A stretch of 64,000 bases of DNA, taken from an uncultured Dehalococcoidales bacterium (GTDB taxonomy: Bacteria > Chloroflexota > Dehalococcoidia > GIF9 > UBA5629). The DNA is taken from NCBI GenBank assembly GCA_964545945.1, contig CAZJID010000002.1:1515-65514 (forward strand), in the 5' to 3' direction. The notes beneath the pieces are model-generated. The model worked only from the letters and a program-made list of their open reading frames with translations, was not told the origin of the DNA and made no database searches. This document shows, in pieces, positions 28,205 to 38,508 of this stretch. Within the stretch, counting starts at the first letter, position 1, and every line of letters starts with the position of its first letter. The translations under genes were made by a program, and so were the position numbers.

Positions 28205-28876
28205 ATGGCAGACATTGAGCGAATTTTGAAACTTTTGAGCGCTGAGTACGGGCAGAAAAGATGGCAGCGGAGGGAAAAGCCGATAGCTGTGCTGGTTCAG
28301 ACGATCCTTTCGCAGAATACGTCTGATAAAAATTCGCGGCCGGCTTTCGAGCGTCTCGTGAATATTTTTCCCAACTGGGACGAGATGGCCGCTGCCGGTG
28401 TAGATAAGATTTGTGAGGCTATTAAAACCGGTGGCCTGGGAGCAGTAAAAGCCAGATATATAAAGCAGGCTCTGCAGGAAATACGCAAACGGCAAGGGGC
28501 TTTCAACCTGGACTTTCTGAAGAATCTGTCTGTAGATGAAGCCAGAGAGTGGCTTATGCAATTGCCTGGAGTTGGCATGAAAACGGCGAGCGTTGTGTTG
28601 CTTTTTTCGCTGGGTATGCCGGCTATGCCGGTGGATACACACGTGTTCCGCGTAAGCAAAAGACTGGGGCTTGTCGATTCTAAAGTTACCGTGGAAAAAG
28701 CGCACAGGCTGCTGGAAAAACTCGTACCCCCCGACGATATCTACAAATCTCACATCTTGCTTATAGAGCACGGACGGAGAACATGTAAAGCACAGCGACC
28801 TCGCTGCACCACATGTGTCCTGGCCAGTTTGTGCCCTAGCTATGAGAAGTTCGTGGGGAAGAAATGGGCAGTCTGA
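28205..28876 (+). CDS. nth: Endonuclease III (HhH-GPD DNA glycosylase with a 4Fe-4S cluster)
   Basis: ILSQNTSD, LPGVGMKTA, and cluster CKAQRPRCTTCVLASLC. I moved the start to ATG 28205, because the upstream track extension (MEILNLYFRIYCCCLYNIQ) does not look coding. TATAAT sits 6 nt upstream of this ATG. Confidence 0.85.
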   Translation: MADIERILKLLSAEYGQKRWQRREKPIAVLVQTILSQNTSDKNSRPAFERLVNIFPNWDEMAAAGVDKICEAIKTGGLGAVKARYIKQALQEIRKRQGAFNLDFLKNLSVDEAREWLMQLPGVGMKTASVVLLFSLGMPAMPVDTHVFRVSKRLGLVDSKVTVEKAHRLLEKLVPPDDIYKSHILLIEHGRRTCKAQRPRCTTCVLASLCPSYEKFVGKKWAV

Positions 28877-30266
28877 CGATGAATTCTGTTCCTTTGCCCA
28901 ACCTGCTTTTGGCGTTGATGTCTCCACCGTGAGTCAGTACGATCTGCCTGGCAATAGCCAGACCGAGTCCGGCGCCGGCTTGACCAGTGGAAGCATCAGC
29001 TCTGTAAAAACGTTCGAAGATGTGCCTCATCTGCTCGGCCGGAATACCGGGGCCTGTATCCGCTATAGAGACCTCAATAAAATTGGAATTATTGTGTTGT
29101 GCCGTGATGCTAACATCACCGCCGGCGGGAGTGTGTTTCAAAGCGTTGTCCAGCAGGTTGCTGAAGACCTGTTCGAGACGGTCGATATCGCCTTTTACAG
29201 GCGGCAGACTCTCAAGGTCTTTTTTAAGAGTTACACCTTTTTCTTCGGCACGCATAATAAATATTTCGTAGCATTGCTCAAGCAGTTCTTTAACATCGAC
29301 GGCTTCCTTAACCATAGTTATCTGTCCTGATTCTAGTCTGGAAAACTCAAGCAGTTCCTCGACCAGCCGCATCATGCGCTTTGATTCGTCCTCAATTACG
29401 GTGGCCGCTTTAAGCTGCGCCTCCTTGCCCTTAGCTGTGCCGTCGACTATCGCCTGTGCAAACCCCTTGATGGAGGTTAGAGGACTTCTCAGTTCGTGGG
29501 AGACATCGGCAACAAAGTCGCGAAGCATCTGTTGGGAATGTTTGACCCGCTTGGACATCTGATTAAAGCTTTGGGCTAGCCCTTTTACCTCCCTGGGCCC
29601 GGCCACGGGTACCTCTTGTTCGTAGTTGCCCCTGGCAATCTCTTCGGCAGCTTTGGTTACTCGCCTGACTGGTACATAGACAGAGCGGGCGAGGACAACA
29701 GCTATAACTATGGAAACGGCCAGGGCGACGAGACCCGCCCAGAGAAACGGTTTCCCGAAATCGCTCCAGATGGCGAGTGCCTGGCCGCGAGGCACGGCCA
29801 GTACCAGAGTCGCCGGACTGGATGACCCGGGTATTCTGAATAGTCCGGCAACCGGCCGGGCAACGAATATGAACTTTTCGCCATCAGATGCACTATAAAT
29901 TCCGCGGTTGGATACTGACCCATTTTCGTGCAGTTGGGTAACATCAAGCCTGGAAGGTGGCGTCCAGGAGTCGCCGTCCGGTGTCGCCTGTTTTATTACG
30001 TTGCCTTCATCATCCAGCAAAAAGATATACGTTCCCGTTTCCTGCGAAATTTCCTCCAGATTAGACCATGCCTGGTTCAGGGTGACTTGTCCCCTGGCCG
30101 CGTTTCTAAACTGCACGTAGATAGGCAATGTGGTTTCAGCCAGATATGTTGTCGCCATTCTGTTTATCTGGTCGCCCAGTAAAACTACCAGCGAAGCCCC
30201 GACTATTCCCAGACACAGGACTATAATTAGGATGTAAGAAAGTACGAGGCGGGTTCGCAAGCTCAT
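28836..30266 (-). CDS. Sensor histidine kinase (2 TM, extracytoplasmic loop, HAMP, HisKA, HATPase_c)
   Basis: 476 aa. H-box SHELRSPLTSI, N-box LLDNALKHT, G-boxes DTGPGI and GAGLGLAI. Its 3' end overlaps the 3' end of nth by 41 nt. Confidence 0.9.
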   Translation of the reverse strand: MSLRTRLVLSYILIIVLCLGIVGASLVVLLGDQINRMATTYLAETTLPIYVQFRNAARGQVTLNQAWSNLEEISQETGTYIFLLDDEGNVIKQATPDGDSWTPPSRLDVTQLHENGSVSNRGIYSASDGEKFIFVARPVAGLFRIPGSSSPATLVLAVPRGQALAIWSDFGKPFLWAGLVALAVSIVIAVVLARSVYVPVRRVTKAAEEIARGNYEQEVPVAGPREVKGLAQSFNQMSKRVKHSQQMLRDFVADVSHELRSPLTSIKGFAQAIVDGTAKGKEAQLKAATVIEDESKRMMRLVEELLEFSRLESGQITMVKEAVDVKELLEQCYEIFIMRAEEKGVTLKKDLESLPPVKGDIDRLEQVFSNLLDNALKHTPAGGDVSITAQHNNSNFIEVSIADTGPGIPAEQMRHIFERFYRADASTGQAGAGLGLAIARQIVLTHGGDINAKSRLGKGTEFIVRLPISSPRTSHS

Positions 30267-30288
30267 ATTAAATCCCGGTAAATACCTT

Positions 30289-30978
30289 TCAACTTTTAGA
30301 CGCCTGAGATTGCAGTATCATTTTATAACCTATGCCCCGGACCGTTTCTATGGAAACGTTGGAGCCGCTTAATTTGTCGCGCAGGTGGTTAATATGTATG
30401 TCTACCGTCCGGGTTTCTCCGTAGTAGTCAGTTTCCCAGACTATCTCGAGAAGCCTGTCCCTGGTCAGAACTATTCCAAGGTTCTGGGCCAGAGTTGCCA
30501 GCAGGTCGAACTCTTTGGTCCTCAACCGAAGTTGCTGTCCATCTATTGTGGCTTCCCGCCGAGCGGGGTCGATTCGCAAACTTCCTACTTCAATGGCTTC
30601 GCCGGATTTTAGCCCTGCCTTGTAGCGGCGAAGGATAGCTTTTACTCTGGCCACCAGCTCTCTGGGATTAAACGGTTTCGTTATATAGTCATCGGCTCCA
30701 AGCTCAAGGCCGACTATCTTGTCCACATCTTCTTTCCGGGCGGTAAGCATGAGTATGGGCACATCGCTTTTCTTTCGTATCTGACGGCATACCTCGAAAC
30801 CATCCATGTCAGGCAGCATTAAGTCCAGCACGATAAGCGACGGCTTGCTGGTTACCATTTTGCTCAGAGCGTCACTGCCGTTGCCAACTCCTTCCACCTG
30901 ATATCCTTCTTGCTGCAGATAAAGTTTGGCAAGTTCGACGATATTAGGTTCGTCATCGATAACAAGTATGGTTGTCAT
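30289..30978 (-). CDS. OmpR-family response regulator
   Basis: 229 aa. Receiver domain (DDEP, DLMLPDMDG, K in ITKPF) followed by a winged-helix output domain (VDIHINHLRDK...RGIGY). Confidence 0.9.
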   Translation of the reverse strand: MTTILVIDDEPNIVELAKLYLQQEGYQVEGVGNGSDALSKMVTSKPSLIVLDLMLPDMDGFEVCRQIRKKSDVPILMLTARKEDVDKIVGLELGADDYITKPFNPRELVARVKAILRRYKAGLKSGEAIEVGSLRIDPARREATIDGQQLRLRTKEFDLLATLAQNLGIVLTRDRLLEIVWETDYYGETRTVDIHINHLRDKLSGSNVSIETVRGIGYKMILQSQASKS

Positions 30979-31251
30979 TTCTGGCCTTAAAAAGAGCTTC
31001 GATAATTATAGCTCAAAGCTTCTTAGTATGCTTATTACATAAAAGCGGGCAAGCCAGGCAAAGTCTGACCTCTTAACCTTTTGTATAAGTATACGCCGCT
31101 TTTCAGTTTAGCAGCGGAATGTTGTCGTGGTTTTGTGTATGCGTAAAATTTTAGTAAAAATTGCAGGGAGTAATATTACAAAGGATGTCAGTATGGAGCG
31201 CCTCTGACGATAACGGATTAAAGAGGTATGCAGTATATGATGGATGTCCGG

Positions 31252-32004
31252 CTATTTTTTGCGGCCGAAGGTGTAGGAACAGGCGGCAACCATACCTGCT
31301 GCAAAAAGAATTAGTATTAGAAACTCGATATATATCGGTAGTACGAAGTCGGACCCGCCAAAGGAGGCCCAGCGCAATACATCCACGCCGTAAGTTAGCG
31401 GGTTTATGTAGCTGAAACCTTTCAGCCACGTAGGCGCCGAAGTTAACGGAAACAGCGCTCCGCTGGTGAAGAACATAGGCATAATCACCAGGCTCATTAT
31501 GAAGTTGAAACCCTCCATGCTGGTCATCATTGAAGCAATGAGCAAGCCGACTGAGACGAGTCCGATTGAGATAATGACCATGGTCGGTAGCAGTAAAACA
31601 AATGATAGTGGCGGCAGGTGAACGCCAACAAGATATGAAAGAGGCAGCAACAACGCGCCCTGTATAAGGGCACTCGTTCCGCTGCCCAGTGCTTTACCTA
31701 TTACAATCGTAGGACGCGAGACGGGAGCCACTAGAATTTCCTTGAGAAATCCGAATTCTCTGTCCCAAATCACTGAAACCCCGGAAAAGACAGACGTAAA
31801 AAGAAGCGTCATACCTAGAATGCCGGGGAATATATAGGTCTGATAACTGAGTGCACCGGATACCTGTATGCCGCGGAGACCGCTTCCGAAAACAACCAAC
31901 CAGAGTAAGGGAAGTATCAGCGATGACAAAATACGTGACTTTTCGCGCCAGTACCTGAGTACTTCACGGTGCCATAGTCCGTAGATTTTTCTCAGGTCGC
32001 TCAT
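31252..32004 (-). CDS. ABC-2 type transporter permease
   Basis: 250 aa with 6 hydrophobic helices. It overlaps the upstream ATPase gene by 4 nt. Confidence 0.85.
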   Translation of the reverse strand: MSDLRKIYGLWHREVLRYWREKSRILSSLILPLLWLVVFGSGLRGIQVSGALSYQTYIFPGILGMTLLFTSVFSGVSVIWDREFGFLKEILVAPVSRPTIVIGKALGSGTSALIQGALLLPLSYLVGVHLPPLSFVLLLPTMVIISIGLVSVGLLIASMMTSMEGFNFIMSLVIMPMFFTSGALFPLTSAPTWLKGFSYINPLTYGVDVLRWASFGGSDFVLPIYIEFLILILFAAGMVAACSYTFGRKK

Positions 32005-32990
32005 CTGCCTGTCCTTATCATGAATTTTTTCATCGGCGACTCTGCTTCCTCAGCTCTTATATCGCGGCCGGTATAGTGCAGAAAGACATCATTTAATGTT
32101 GGGCGATGAACCGATACAGATTTGACTTCCACTCCGATAGCGGTGGCGATATTAACCAGCCTGGGTATCAGTTTCTCAGCATTGGGAACGGTCAATCTGA
32201 TAACATCTTTAGATAGCTCAACGCGGTGGTCGAATTTGAGTTCGTTTAATCTCGCCGCAAGCTTGTCGGACTGGCTTGAGGTGACCGTTATCACATCGCC
32301 TTTAAGGGCTGTTTTCAGATTCGATGGTGTGTCGATGACCTTGATTTTGCCGTAGTCGATTATGGCGATGCGCTGGCAGAGTTGGTCGGCCTCCTCCATA
32401 TAATGGGTTGTTAGGATAATCGTGATTTTAGTGGTTCTGGAAAGGTTTTCAATATATTCCCACAGGTGCTCCCGGGTTTGAGGGTCCAGTCCCAGAGTAG
32501 GTTCATCCAGGAAAAGCACGCTTGGGTGGTGGAGCAAGCCCCTGGCCAGCTCCAATCGTCTTCTCATGCCGCCCGAATATGTCTTCATGGCAGAATCAGC
32601 TCTATCTTCCAGACCAACCAGGTTCAACACTTCAGCTATTCGTTTTCTGGCTAATTCCGAGGGAACGTCATAGAGGCAGGCGTGAAGCTGCAGGTTCTCT
32701 CTGCCTGTCAGGCGGTCGTCAATACTCGGGTCTTGAAAAACGATGCCTATGCTGCGTCTTACCTTGGCAGACTGCTTCGATATGTTGAAGCCGTTCACGG
32801 TGGCGCTACCTGAAGAAGGATTAACTATAGTGCAAAGCATAGAAATCGTGGTCGTCTTGCCAGCACCGTTAGGGCCGAGCAACCCGAATACCTCGCCGTG
32901 GTCTACGGTAAGGTTCAACCTGTCAACTGCGGTAAGCGCGCCGTATTTTTTGGTTAAATCTCTGGTTTCGATAGCAAATTTCGGTTCCAT
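32001..32990 (-). CDS. ABC transporter ATP-binding protein (DrrA/CcmA-like, with a C-terminal extension)
   Basis: Walker A GPNGAGKTT, signature YSGGMRRR, Walker B LFLDEPT. Confidence 0.9.
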   Translation of the reverse strand: MEPKFAIETRDLTKKYGALTAVDRLNLTVDHGEVFGLLGPNGAGKTTTISMLCTIVNPSSGSATVNGFNISKQSAKVRRSIGIVFQDPSIDDRLTGRENLQLHACLYDVPSELARKRIAEVLNLVGLEDRADSAMKTYSGGMRRRLELARGLLHHPSVLFLDEPTLGLDPQTREHLWEYIENLSRTTKITIILTTHYMEEADQLCQRIAIIDYGKIKVIDTPSNLKTALKGDVITVTSSQSDKLAARLNELKFDHRVELSKDVIRLTVPNAEKLIPRLVNIATAIGVEVKSVSVHRPTLNDVFLHYTGRDIRAEEAESPMKKFMIRTGR

Positions 32991-33111
32991 GGAATTCTAC
33001 AATCCTTAATTATAAGAGTAAATAGCGTAAAAGTGCTAATTGCCCATAGGAGTTTGGGCTGCCAATGGGGTTTTGCCTTTTGTTTATTAAATGATGGTGC
33101 CAGGCGTGTAC

Positions 33112-34353
33112 CTAGTCTATCCCCGGTGCGGGAAAACGGCGGCATATGGCGGTTACTTGTTCAGCAATTTCTTTCTGGATCTTTTTATCCTTGGGGTCGG
33201 AAAGCACCTTCATAATAAATGAGGCTACCTGCTTCATTTCACCGGGGCCAAAACCTCTGGTAGTGGTAGCCGGCGTGCCCAGCCTGATGCCGCTGGTTAT
33301 CTGCGGTGACCTAGTTTCCCCCGGTATGGAGTTTCTATTAACCAGAATACCTGCGGCTTCAAGTGCTTCCTGCGCGACAATTCCGGTTATGCCCGTGGAG
33401 GTGAGGTCAGCGAGTATGAGATGGTTATCAGTACCACCTGAAACCAGACGCAAGCCATGCTGCTGAAGTTCGGCGGCCAGAGCCCCGGCATTCTCCAGTA
33501 CGGCTTTCTGATAAGTGACGAACTCAGGTTGCATGGCTTCGAAAAAGGCTATGGCTTTAGCGGCTATAACATGCATCAACGGGCCACCCTGCATAGTAGG
33601 AAAAACTGCCGAGTCTATTCGTGAGGCCAATTCGTGCTTACACAAAATAAAGCCGCTGCGAGGACCACGGAGGGTCTTATGAGTTGACGAGGTAACTATT
33701 TGCGCATGAGGTACAGGTGAAGGGTGTAATTTTGTGGCTACCAGTCCGGCCAGGTGGGCCATATCTGCCACAAGCAGCGCACCGGCGGCGTCAGCTATCC
33801 TGCTAAAACGGGCAAAATCAATGGTTCGGGGATAAGCGCTGGCACCGCAGACGATAAGCTTCGGCTTGTGTTCTATGGCCAGTTTTTCTACTTCGTCGTA
33901 GTCGAGCCTTTCTGTTTCGGGGTTCAGTCCATAAGGGATAAATTTATACCATTTACCGGAAAAATTGGCCGGTGCGCCGTGAGTTAGATGGCCGCCGTGG
34001 CTCAGGCTCATTCCCATGACGGTATCGCCCGGTTCGATAGTTGCGAAATAGGTTGCCATGTTGGCTTGACTGCCGCTGTGGGGCTGAACATTGGCATGTT
34101 CGGCGTTGAACAGTTTCTCAGCGCGTTCGATGGCCAGGCTTTCGATAGCATCTATATTAGGACAGCCGGCGTAGTAGCGCCGGTTGGGATAACCTTCGGC
34201 GTATTTGTTAGTTAGTATCGAGCCCTGAGCATCAAGTACGGCCCGGCTGGCATAATTTTCAGCGGCAATAAGATTAATAGTGTCTTTTTGCCGCTTTGCT
34301 TCCAGTTCCAGAAACCGCTCGATTTCGGTATCTTGTTTGGGGTTAATAGACAA
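33112..34353 (-). CDS. glyA: Serine hydroxymethyltransferase
   Basis: 413 aa. LIAAENY, PLP-lysine [12 protein letters not shown], and [14 protein letters not shown] start with GGAG 7 nt upstream. Confidence 0.95.
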   Translation of the reverse strand: MSINPKQDTEIERFLELEAKRQKDTINLIAAENYASRAVLDAQGSILTNKYAEGYPNRRYYAGCPNIDAIESLAIERAEKLFNAEHANVQPHSGSQANMATYFATIEPGDTVMGMSLSHGGHLTHGAPANFSGKWYKFIPYGLNPETERLDYDEVEKLAIEHKPKLIVCGASAYPRTIDFARFSRIADAAGALLVADMAHLAGLVATKLHPSPVPHAQIVTSSTHKTLRGPRSGFILCKHELASRIDSAVFPTMQGGPLMHVIAAKAIAFFEAMQPEFVTYQKAVLENAGALAAELQQHGLRLVSGGTDNHLILADLTSTGITGIVAQEALEAAGILVNRNSIPGETRSPQITSGIRLGTPATTTRGFGPGEMKQVASFIMKVLSDPKDKKIQKEIAEQVTAICRRFPAPGID

Positions 34354-34378
34354 TTTTGATCTCCAGAAGGTTTAGAGA

Positions 34379-34407
34379 ATAATACCACCACCTTAGATTG
34401 AGGTCAA
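34379..34407 (-). promoter_or_regulatory. Putative glyA promoter
   Basis: On the minus strand: TTGACC (34407..34402), 17 nt, TATTAT (34384..34379), about 25 nt upstream of the glyA TTG start. Confidence 0.45.
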
Positions 34408-34475
34408 CAGATTAGCCGGTATTACACGCGGCTATAAAAATAGATACTTGCGAAGGGCACCAAATTATCTTCTGT

Positions 34476-36023
34476 CTAGTCCATGGCAGTTGTGGATTGA
34501 GTGCCTTTCTGACGGCCAAATGGAAAGAATAAAGCCGGTAATACACCAACAGAGATGATTATGGCAGCTATAAAATATTCCGCCTGAAAGGCGGCTACGG
34601 AGGCTCTTAAATTAGCCAGCAGATAAAGCACGTAAATAGCTGTCTGTCTGGCTGCTTCCAATGTCTGGCCTGCCTGCATAAGTATAACTTGCACCGTGGA
34701 AACTAATTGCATTGTATGGGGAGAACTGGGGGTAAATGTTTGTGAAATAATAGCCAGATTTGTTTTTTGAAAATTCGTGAGCATAGTGGCAAATATGGCA
34801 ATACCCAGCGAGGCGAAAACGGTTCGGCTAACATTCATAATTGAAGACGCCTGCGCTGTCATTTTTTGTTCTACTGAAGCCAGAGCATATGTCATTACCG
34901 GCATCATAGCCAGGCCAATTCCCATACTTCTTATGAAAAGCATCAGTCTCAGGAGATTGTCCGGCGTGGTTACATCTATTGTACGCATCCAAAAAGTGGC
35001 TGCACCCGCAATGATTAATCCTGCCACAACTGGCACCTTCGGCCCTATCCTGTCGTAGAGATGTCCACCTAAAGGCATGGTAACAATTGAGCCGAGTACT
35101 GCGGGGAGCATCAGTATTCCTGTTTCCAGTGCGGTCAGGCCCCTAACGTTCTGTAGAAAAAGCGGTAATAAAAAAATAATTGAAAAGAGGCCAATGGTGG
35201 TAACAAAATTCAATCCTGTAGCCAGGGAGAAGCCCCTGCTTTTGAATATATGAAGATCGAGCATCGGCTGCTCTGCCCGTAGTTCCATTACAATCCAGAT
35301 TAGTAGGCTAATCGTTCCCATAACCAAGAAGCCCACTATGCGAATATTACTCCATCCTAAGGTGGGTGCATAAGAAAGGGCATAGAGAAGCGTACTGAAG
35401 CCGATAGCTGCTAGTGCGAATCCTCTGTAATCGAAGCCAGCGGGCATACTTGGTGTCTCCTGAATCCAGGCCAGGCCTAGAACAATGGCTACAAGTACTA
35501 CGGGCACATTCACATAGAAACACATGCGCCAGGATATATCGGTTACTAGAAAACCGCCAAGAGTCGGACCGAAGGCGGGTGCGAGCATTAATGGGATGCC
35601 GAAGATAGCCATGGCTGTGCCGCGTTGATTTACCGGTACATTGAGGAAAAGGAGAGTCATGGCTATCGGACTAAGAAGCCCACCAGCAAGACCCTGCAAT
35701 ATTCGGAATACTATCAGTGAGTCAGCGTTCCAGGAGATGCCGCATAGAATTGACCCAAACAAGAAACTAGCCTGGCTAAGCAAGAAGACCCTTTTGGTAC
35801 CGAACCGGCTACATAAAAAAGCAGCCGCCGGCGTGGTAATCGCTGTTGCCATTAAATAAGCAGAAATAACAAGTTGAGCATGGTCTGTAGGAACATTGAA
35901 AACCGCTATTATGTGAGGTAAGGCAATGTTCATTATGGTTTGGTCGAGGATGACCATAAAGGTGCCGGCTACGGCAACGAGTAGTATCTTCCATTCGGTG
36001 GTCTGTGCGGAGTTCTGTGCCAT
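34476..36023 (-). CDS. MFS transporter, DHA2 (EmrB/QacA, 14-TM) family
   Basis: 515 aa with about 14 helices. N-terminal ...VILDQTIMNIALP... is typical of EmrB-like exporters. Confidence 0.9.
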   Translation of the reverse strand: MAQNSAQTTEWKILLVAVAGTFMVILDQTIMNIALPHIIAVFNVPTDHAQLVISAYLMATAITTPAAAFLCSRFGTKRVFLLSQASFLFGSILCGISWNADSLIVFRILQGLAGGLLSPIAMTLLFLNVPVNQRGTAMAIFGIPLMLAPAFGPTLGGFLVTDISWRMCFYVNVPVVLVAIVLGLAWIQETPSMPAGFDYRGFALAAIGFSTLLYALSYAPTLGWSNIRIVGFLVMGTISLLIWIVMELRAEQPMLDLHIFKSRGFSLATGLNFVTTIGLFSIIFLLPLFLQNVRGLTALETGILMLPAVLGSIVTMPLGGHLYDRIGPKVPVVAGLIIAGAATFWMRTIDVTTPDNLLRLMLFIRSMGIGLAMMPVMTYALASVEQKMTAQASSIMNVSRTVFASLGIAIFATMLTNFQKTNLAIISQTFTPSSPHTMQLVSTVQVILMQAGQTLEAARQTAIYVLYLLANLRASVAAFQAEYFIAAIIISVGVLPALFFPFGRQKGTQSTTAMD

Positions 36024-36038
36024 CGTAGTTTTTTACAG

Positions 36039-36761
36039 CTACCTTGTAGTTATCTTTACTTCCACTGAGGTTCCGGGAATGAGGATGTAGTTACCCGGGT
36101 TCTCTATCGTGATCTTTACGGGTACAACCTGAGCTATCTTGATAAAATTAGTTGTGGTATTGTTCGGAGGAATAATTGAGAACATTCCTGCGGTAGCGGC
36201 CGCGATACCTTCCACATGTCCTTTCAGATTGGCCCCGCCAAGGCTGTCAACAGCAATTTCCACATCTTGCCCCGGCTTTATTCGATATATATCCGTCTCA
36301 GTTATGTTAGCTAAAACCCACGTCTCGGAGATGTCATACACGGTTACTATCGGTTGACCCGCATTGATCACAGCACCCGGATATGTCCAGACCGCAGCCA
36401 CATAACCATTAACCGGTGATTCAATGCTGCTGCGACCTATCGGTATGTCTTTTAATCCCTGCATGTTAACCGGGTTGTCTGATCGAGGCGTGCCAACAAC
36501 AGCAATTCTCTGCCCCTTTTCAACATAGCTACCGTAGTCAGCCTCAAGGCTGATTATCTGGCAGGGTGCCAGTGCACCAACAGATATAAGTGGGCCAGAT
36601 ATACTGGCATTGCTCGTACTCACATATTTGTAGCTCTGATACCAGAGATAAGAGCCGATAGCAGCGGCTGCTATAACAAAGATTAAAGCAGTGAAGAAAA
36701 TAATTTTACCGGTCCTGGAAGAGAGCATTGATTTTATTCTGCCGCTCATTTTATTTGCCAT
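36039..36761 (-). CDS. HlyD-family membrane fusion protein (short, EmrA-like)
   Basis: N-terminal TM followed by barrel-sandwich and beta-barrel segments. I moved the start to ATG 36761 (GGAGG 8 nt upstream). The track TTG at 36776 lies inside that RBS. Confidence 0.8.
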   Translation of the reverse strand: MANKMSGRIKSMLSSRTGKIIFFTALIFVIAAAAIGSYLWYQSYKYVSTSNASISGPLISVGALAPCQIISLEADYGSYVEKGQRIAVVGTPRSDNPVNMQGLKDIPIGRSSIESPVNGYVAAVWTYPGAVINAGQPIVTVYDISETWVLANITETDIYRIKPGQDVEIAVDSLGGANLKGHVEGIAAATAGMFSIIPPNNTTTNFIKIAQVVPVKITIENPGNYILIPGTSVEVKITTR

Positions 36762-36787
36762 AACATACGCCTCCAATAAATAGGTCG

Positions 36788-38467
36788 TTACTTAGCACTA
36801 TTAAGTGACCTGATGGGAGTATTGCCTGTTTCAAGCAATACTTTTTCACCTTCGTTTAGGCCCGATAAGATTTCGGTTTGAGTTAGGCTTTGCAAGCCAA
36901 CTTGCACCTGCCTCTGTTCTATTTGACCTACCATATCTTCTTTGATTACGTAGACCCAATATTCGTTGTCCTGAACGTGCAAGGCATCGTTGGGTACAAG
37001 TAAGACATCGGTACGTTTATCAACCAGTATCTCGGCCGTAGCCGTCAGTCCGCCTGTAAGATATTGAGCCGCCTCCGGACCCAGAGCAATCTCGACCTTG
37101 TAGGTACCCGTCCCGGTTTGTAATGTTCCGAAAGGTGAAATGAATTGTACCCGGCCGTCGAACGTTTTACCGGGGAAAGCATCGACAAGGACGGTTGCTT
37201 TCTGGCCCTTGGAGACTTTACCTACGTCGATTTCATCGACTACACCCGTCATGGTAACGGCATGCGTGTCCGCCAACTTCAGCACGTAAACATCGATTGG
37301 CAGCCCGGTTGCCGAGTATCTCTGTGTTATCATGTCGCCTTCGTGCAGGTTTACATCTACGATTTCACCATCGAACGGCGCCAGAAGCTCCGTCTTGAGC
37401 AGCACCTGCTTAGCGCGGTCGAGGTTAATGAGAGCGTTCTGGATATTTATGCTGTAGTCACGCTCGGCCTTCAGATTAAGTCCCTGGCGATAGGTTGATA
37501 CGTTTTCCTGCAGCACTTTATCGCCTAGTTCGAGGTCATGTATAACGATTTGGAGTGTTTCGCTGAGCTTTAAAGAGTCAATGTCCTCGGAGCCAGCCAT
37601 TTGTTTGGCTTCTTCAAGTTTAGAGAGCGCTTCGTTTATGATGGTGAAGCCGGTGCAGGTGTCAGGGCATGTATATGCAGCTGGCGAGTGAGTAATTCGC
37701 TGAACGACCGAATGGGTTAGAGTCATATCATTTGAAAGGGATTGCAGCAGCTTATCGGCCTGGCCGTAATTTCCTTGGCCAATTTGGTCCAGTATTATCG
37801 ATATTCTATCGGCCTCGTTGGTCAGCTTCGTGATAGCAGTATCTGCGTCGTAGCTTTCGACAGTCTGCTCTGTATATTCATTGAGCTCACTTCTCAGGCT
37901 GCCGTATTCGGGGTCTGTATAAACATTCTTAGCGGCTTCGATATCAAATTTGGCCATAACTATTTGTGAGGCCGCCTGCTCATAGTCATCCTGGGACAAT
38001 AACGATTGCGCTTTCTGTATCTCGGTGGTCGCGAATTCGAACCGGTACAAAGCTACGGCATCGCTATAGAAAGACGGTGCCCTCACAGTGCCGCAACAGA
38101 CGGTCTGCACTACGTTGTTTATGGCCAGTTCCAGTGCATATTGTGCCGACTCCGTGGCCATCCTCTGTGTGGCATCATCTAACTTGGCCAGCAAAGCCCC
38201 CGCTTTTACAGAATCACCTTTCTTAACATAAATCTTTTCAATTCTGGCACTGTAAGGGGGAGTGAACATAGTAGTATCGAAATAGACGTTGACGGCAACG
38301 GGCATTTCAATATACCCGTTCGCCTCTACTTTAACTTCAAGGTTGCCCTTTTGGACAGTAGCTATTGTTTGCATTTCAGTAACTGGTTTGTTGGAGGCAC
38401 AGCCCGTCATTGCCATTGAAATCAAAAGCAGGCCGGACAAAATTATGCTGTACTGCTTTGTGGTCAT
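36788..38467 (-). CDS. Membrane fusion (HlyD/MacA-like) lipoprotein with an unusually long helical insert
   Basis: Lipobox AMTGC. Lipoyl-like halves (IEKIYVKKGDSVKAGALLAKLD ... LLAPFDGEIVDVNLHEGDMI) are separated by about 250 aa of helical sequence containing VCCG and CPDTC. I moved the start to ATG 38467 (GAGGGAGG 8 nt upstream). Confidence 0.75.
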   Translation of the reverse strand: MTTKQYSIILSGLLLISMAMTGCASNKPVTEMQTIATVQKGNLEVKVEANGYIEMPVAVNVYFDTTMFTPPYSARIEKIYVKKGDSVKAGALLAKLDDATQRMATESAQYALELAINNVVQTVCCGTVRAPSFYSDAVALYRFEFATTEIQKAQSLLSQDDYEQAASQIVMAKFDIEAAKNVYTDPEYGSLRSELNEYTEQTVESYDADTAITKLTNEADRISIILDQIGQGNYGQADKLLQSLSNDMTLTHSVVQRITHSPAAYTCPDTCTGFTIINEALSKLEEAKQMAGSEDIDSLKLSETLQIVIHDLELGDKVLQENVSTYRQGLNLKAERDYSINIQNALINLDRAKQVLLKTELLAPFDGEIVDVNLHEGDMITQRYSATGLPIDVYVLKLADTHAVTMTGVVDEIDVGKVSKGQKATVLVDAFPGKTFDGRVQFISPFGTLQTGTGTYKVEIALGPEAAQYLTGGLTATAEILVDKRTDVLLVPNDALHVQDNEYWVYVIKEDMVGQIEQRQVQVGLQSLTQTEILSGLNEGEKVLLETGNTPIRSLNSAK

Positions 38468-38508
38468 ATCGTGTACCTCCCTCAAAAGTTAGTTTGCAAA
38501 AGCGCTCA

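Noticed and set aside
28157-28927. 256-aa minus-strand ORF
   Set aside because: It is antisense to nth (HhH-GPD and 4Fe-4S motifs on the plus strand) and overlaps the kinase 3' end in another frame.
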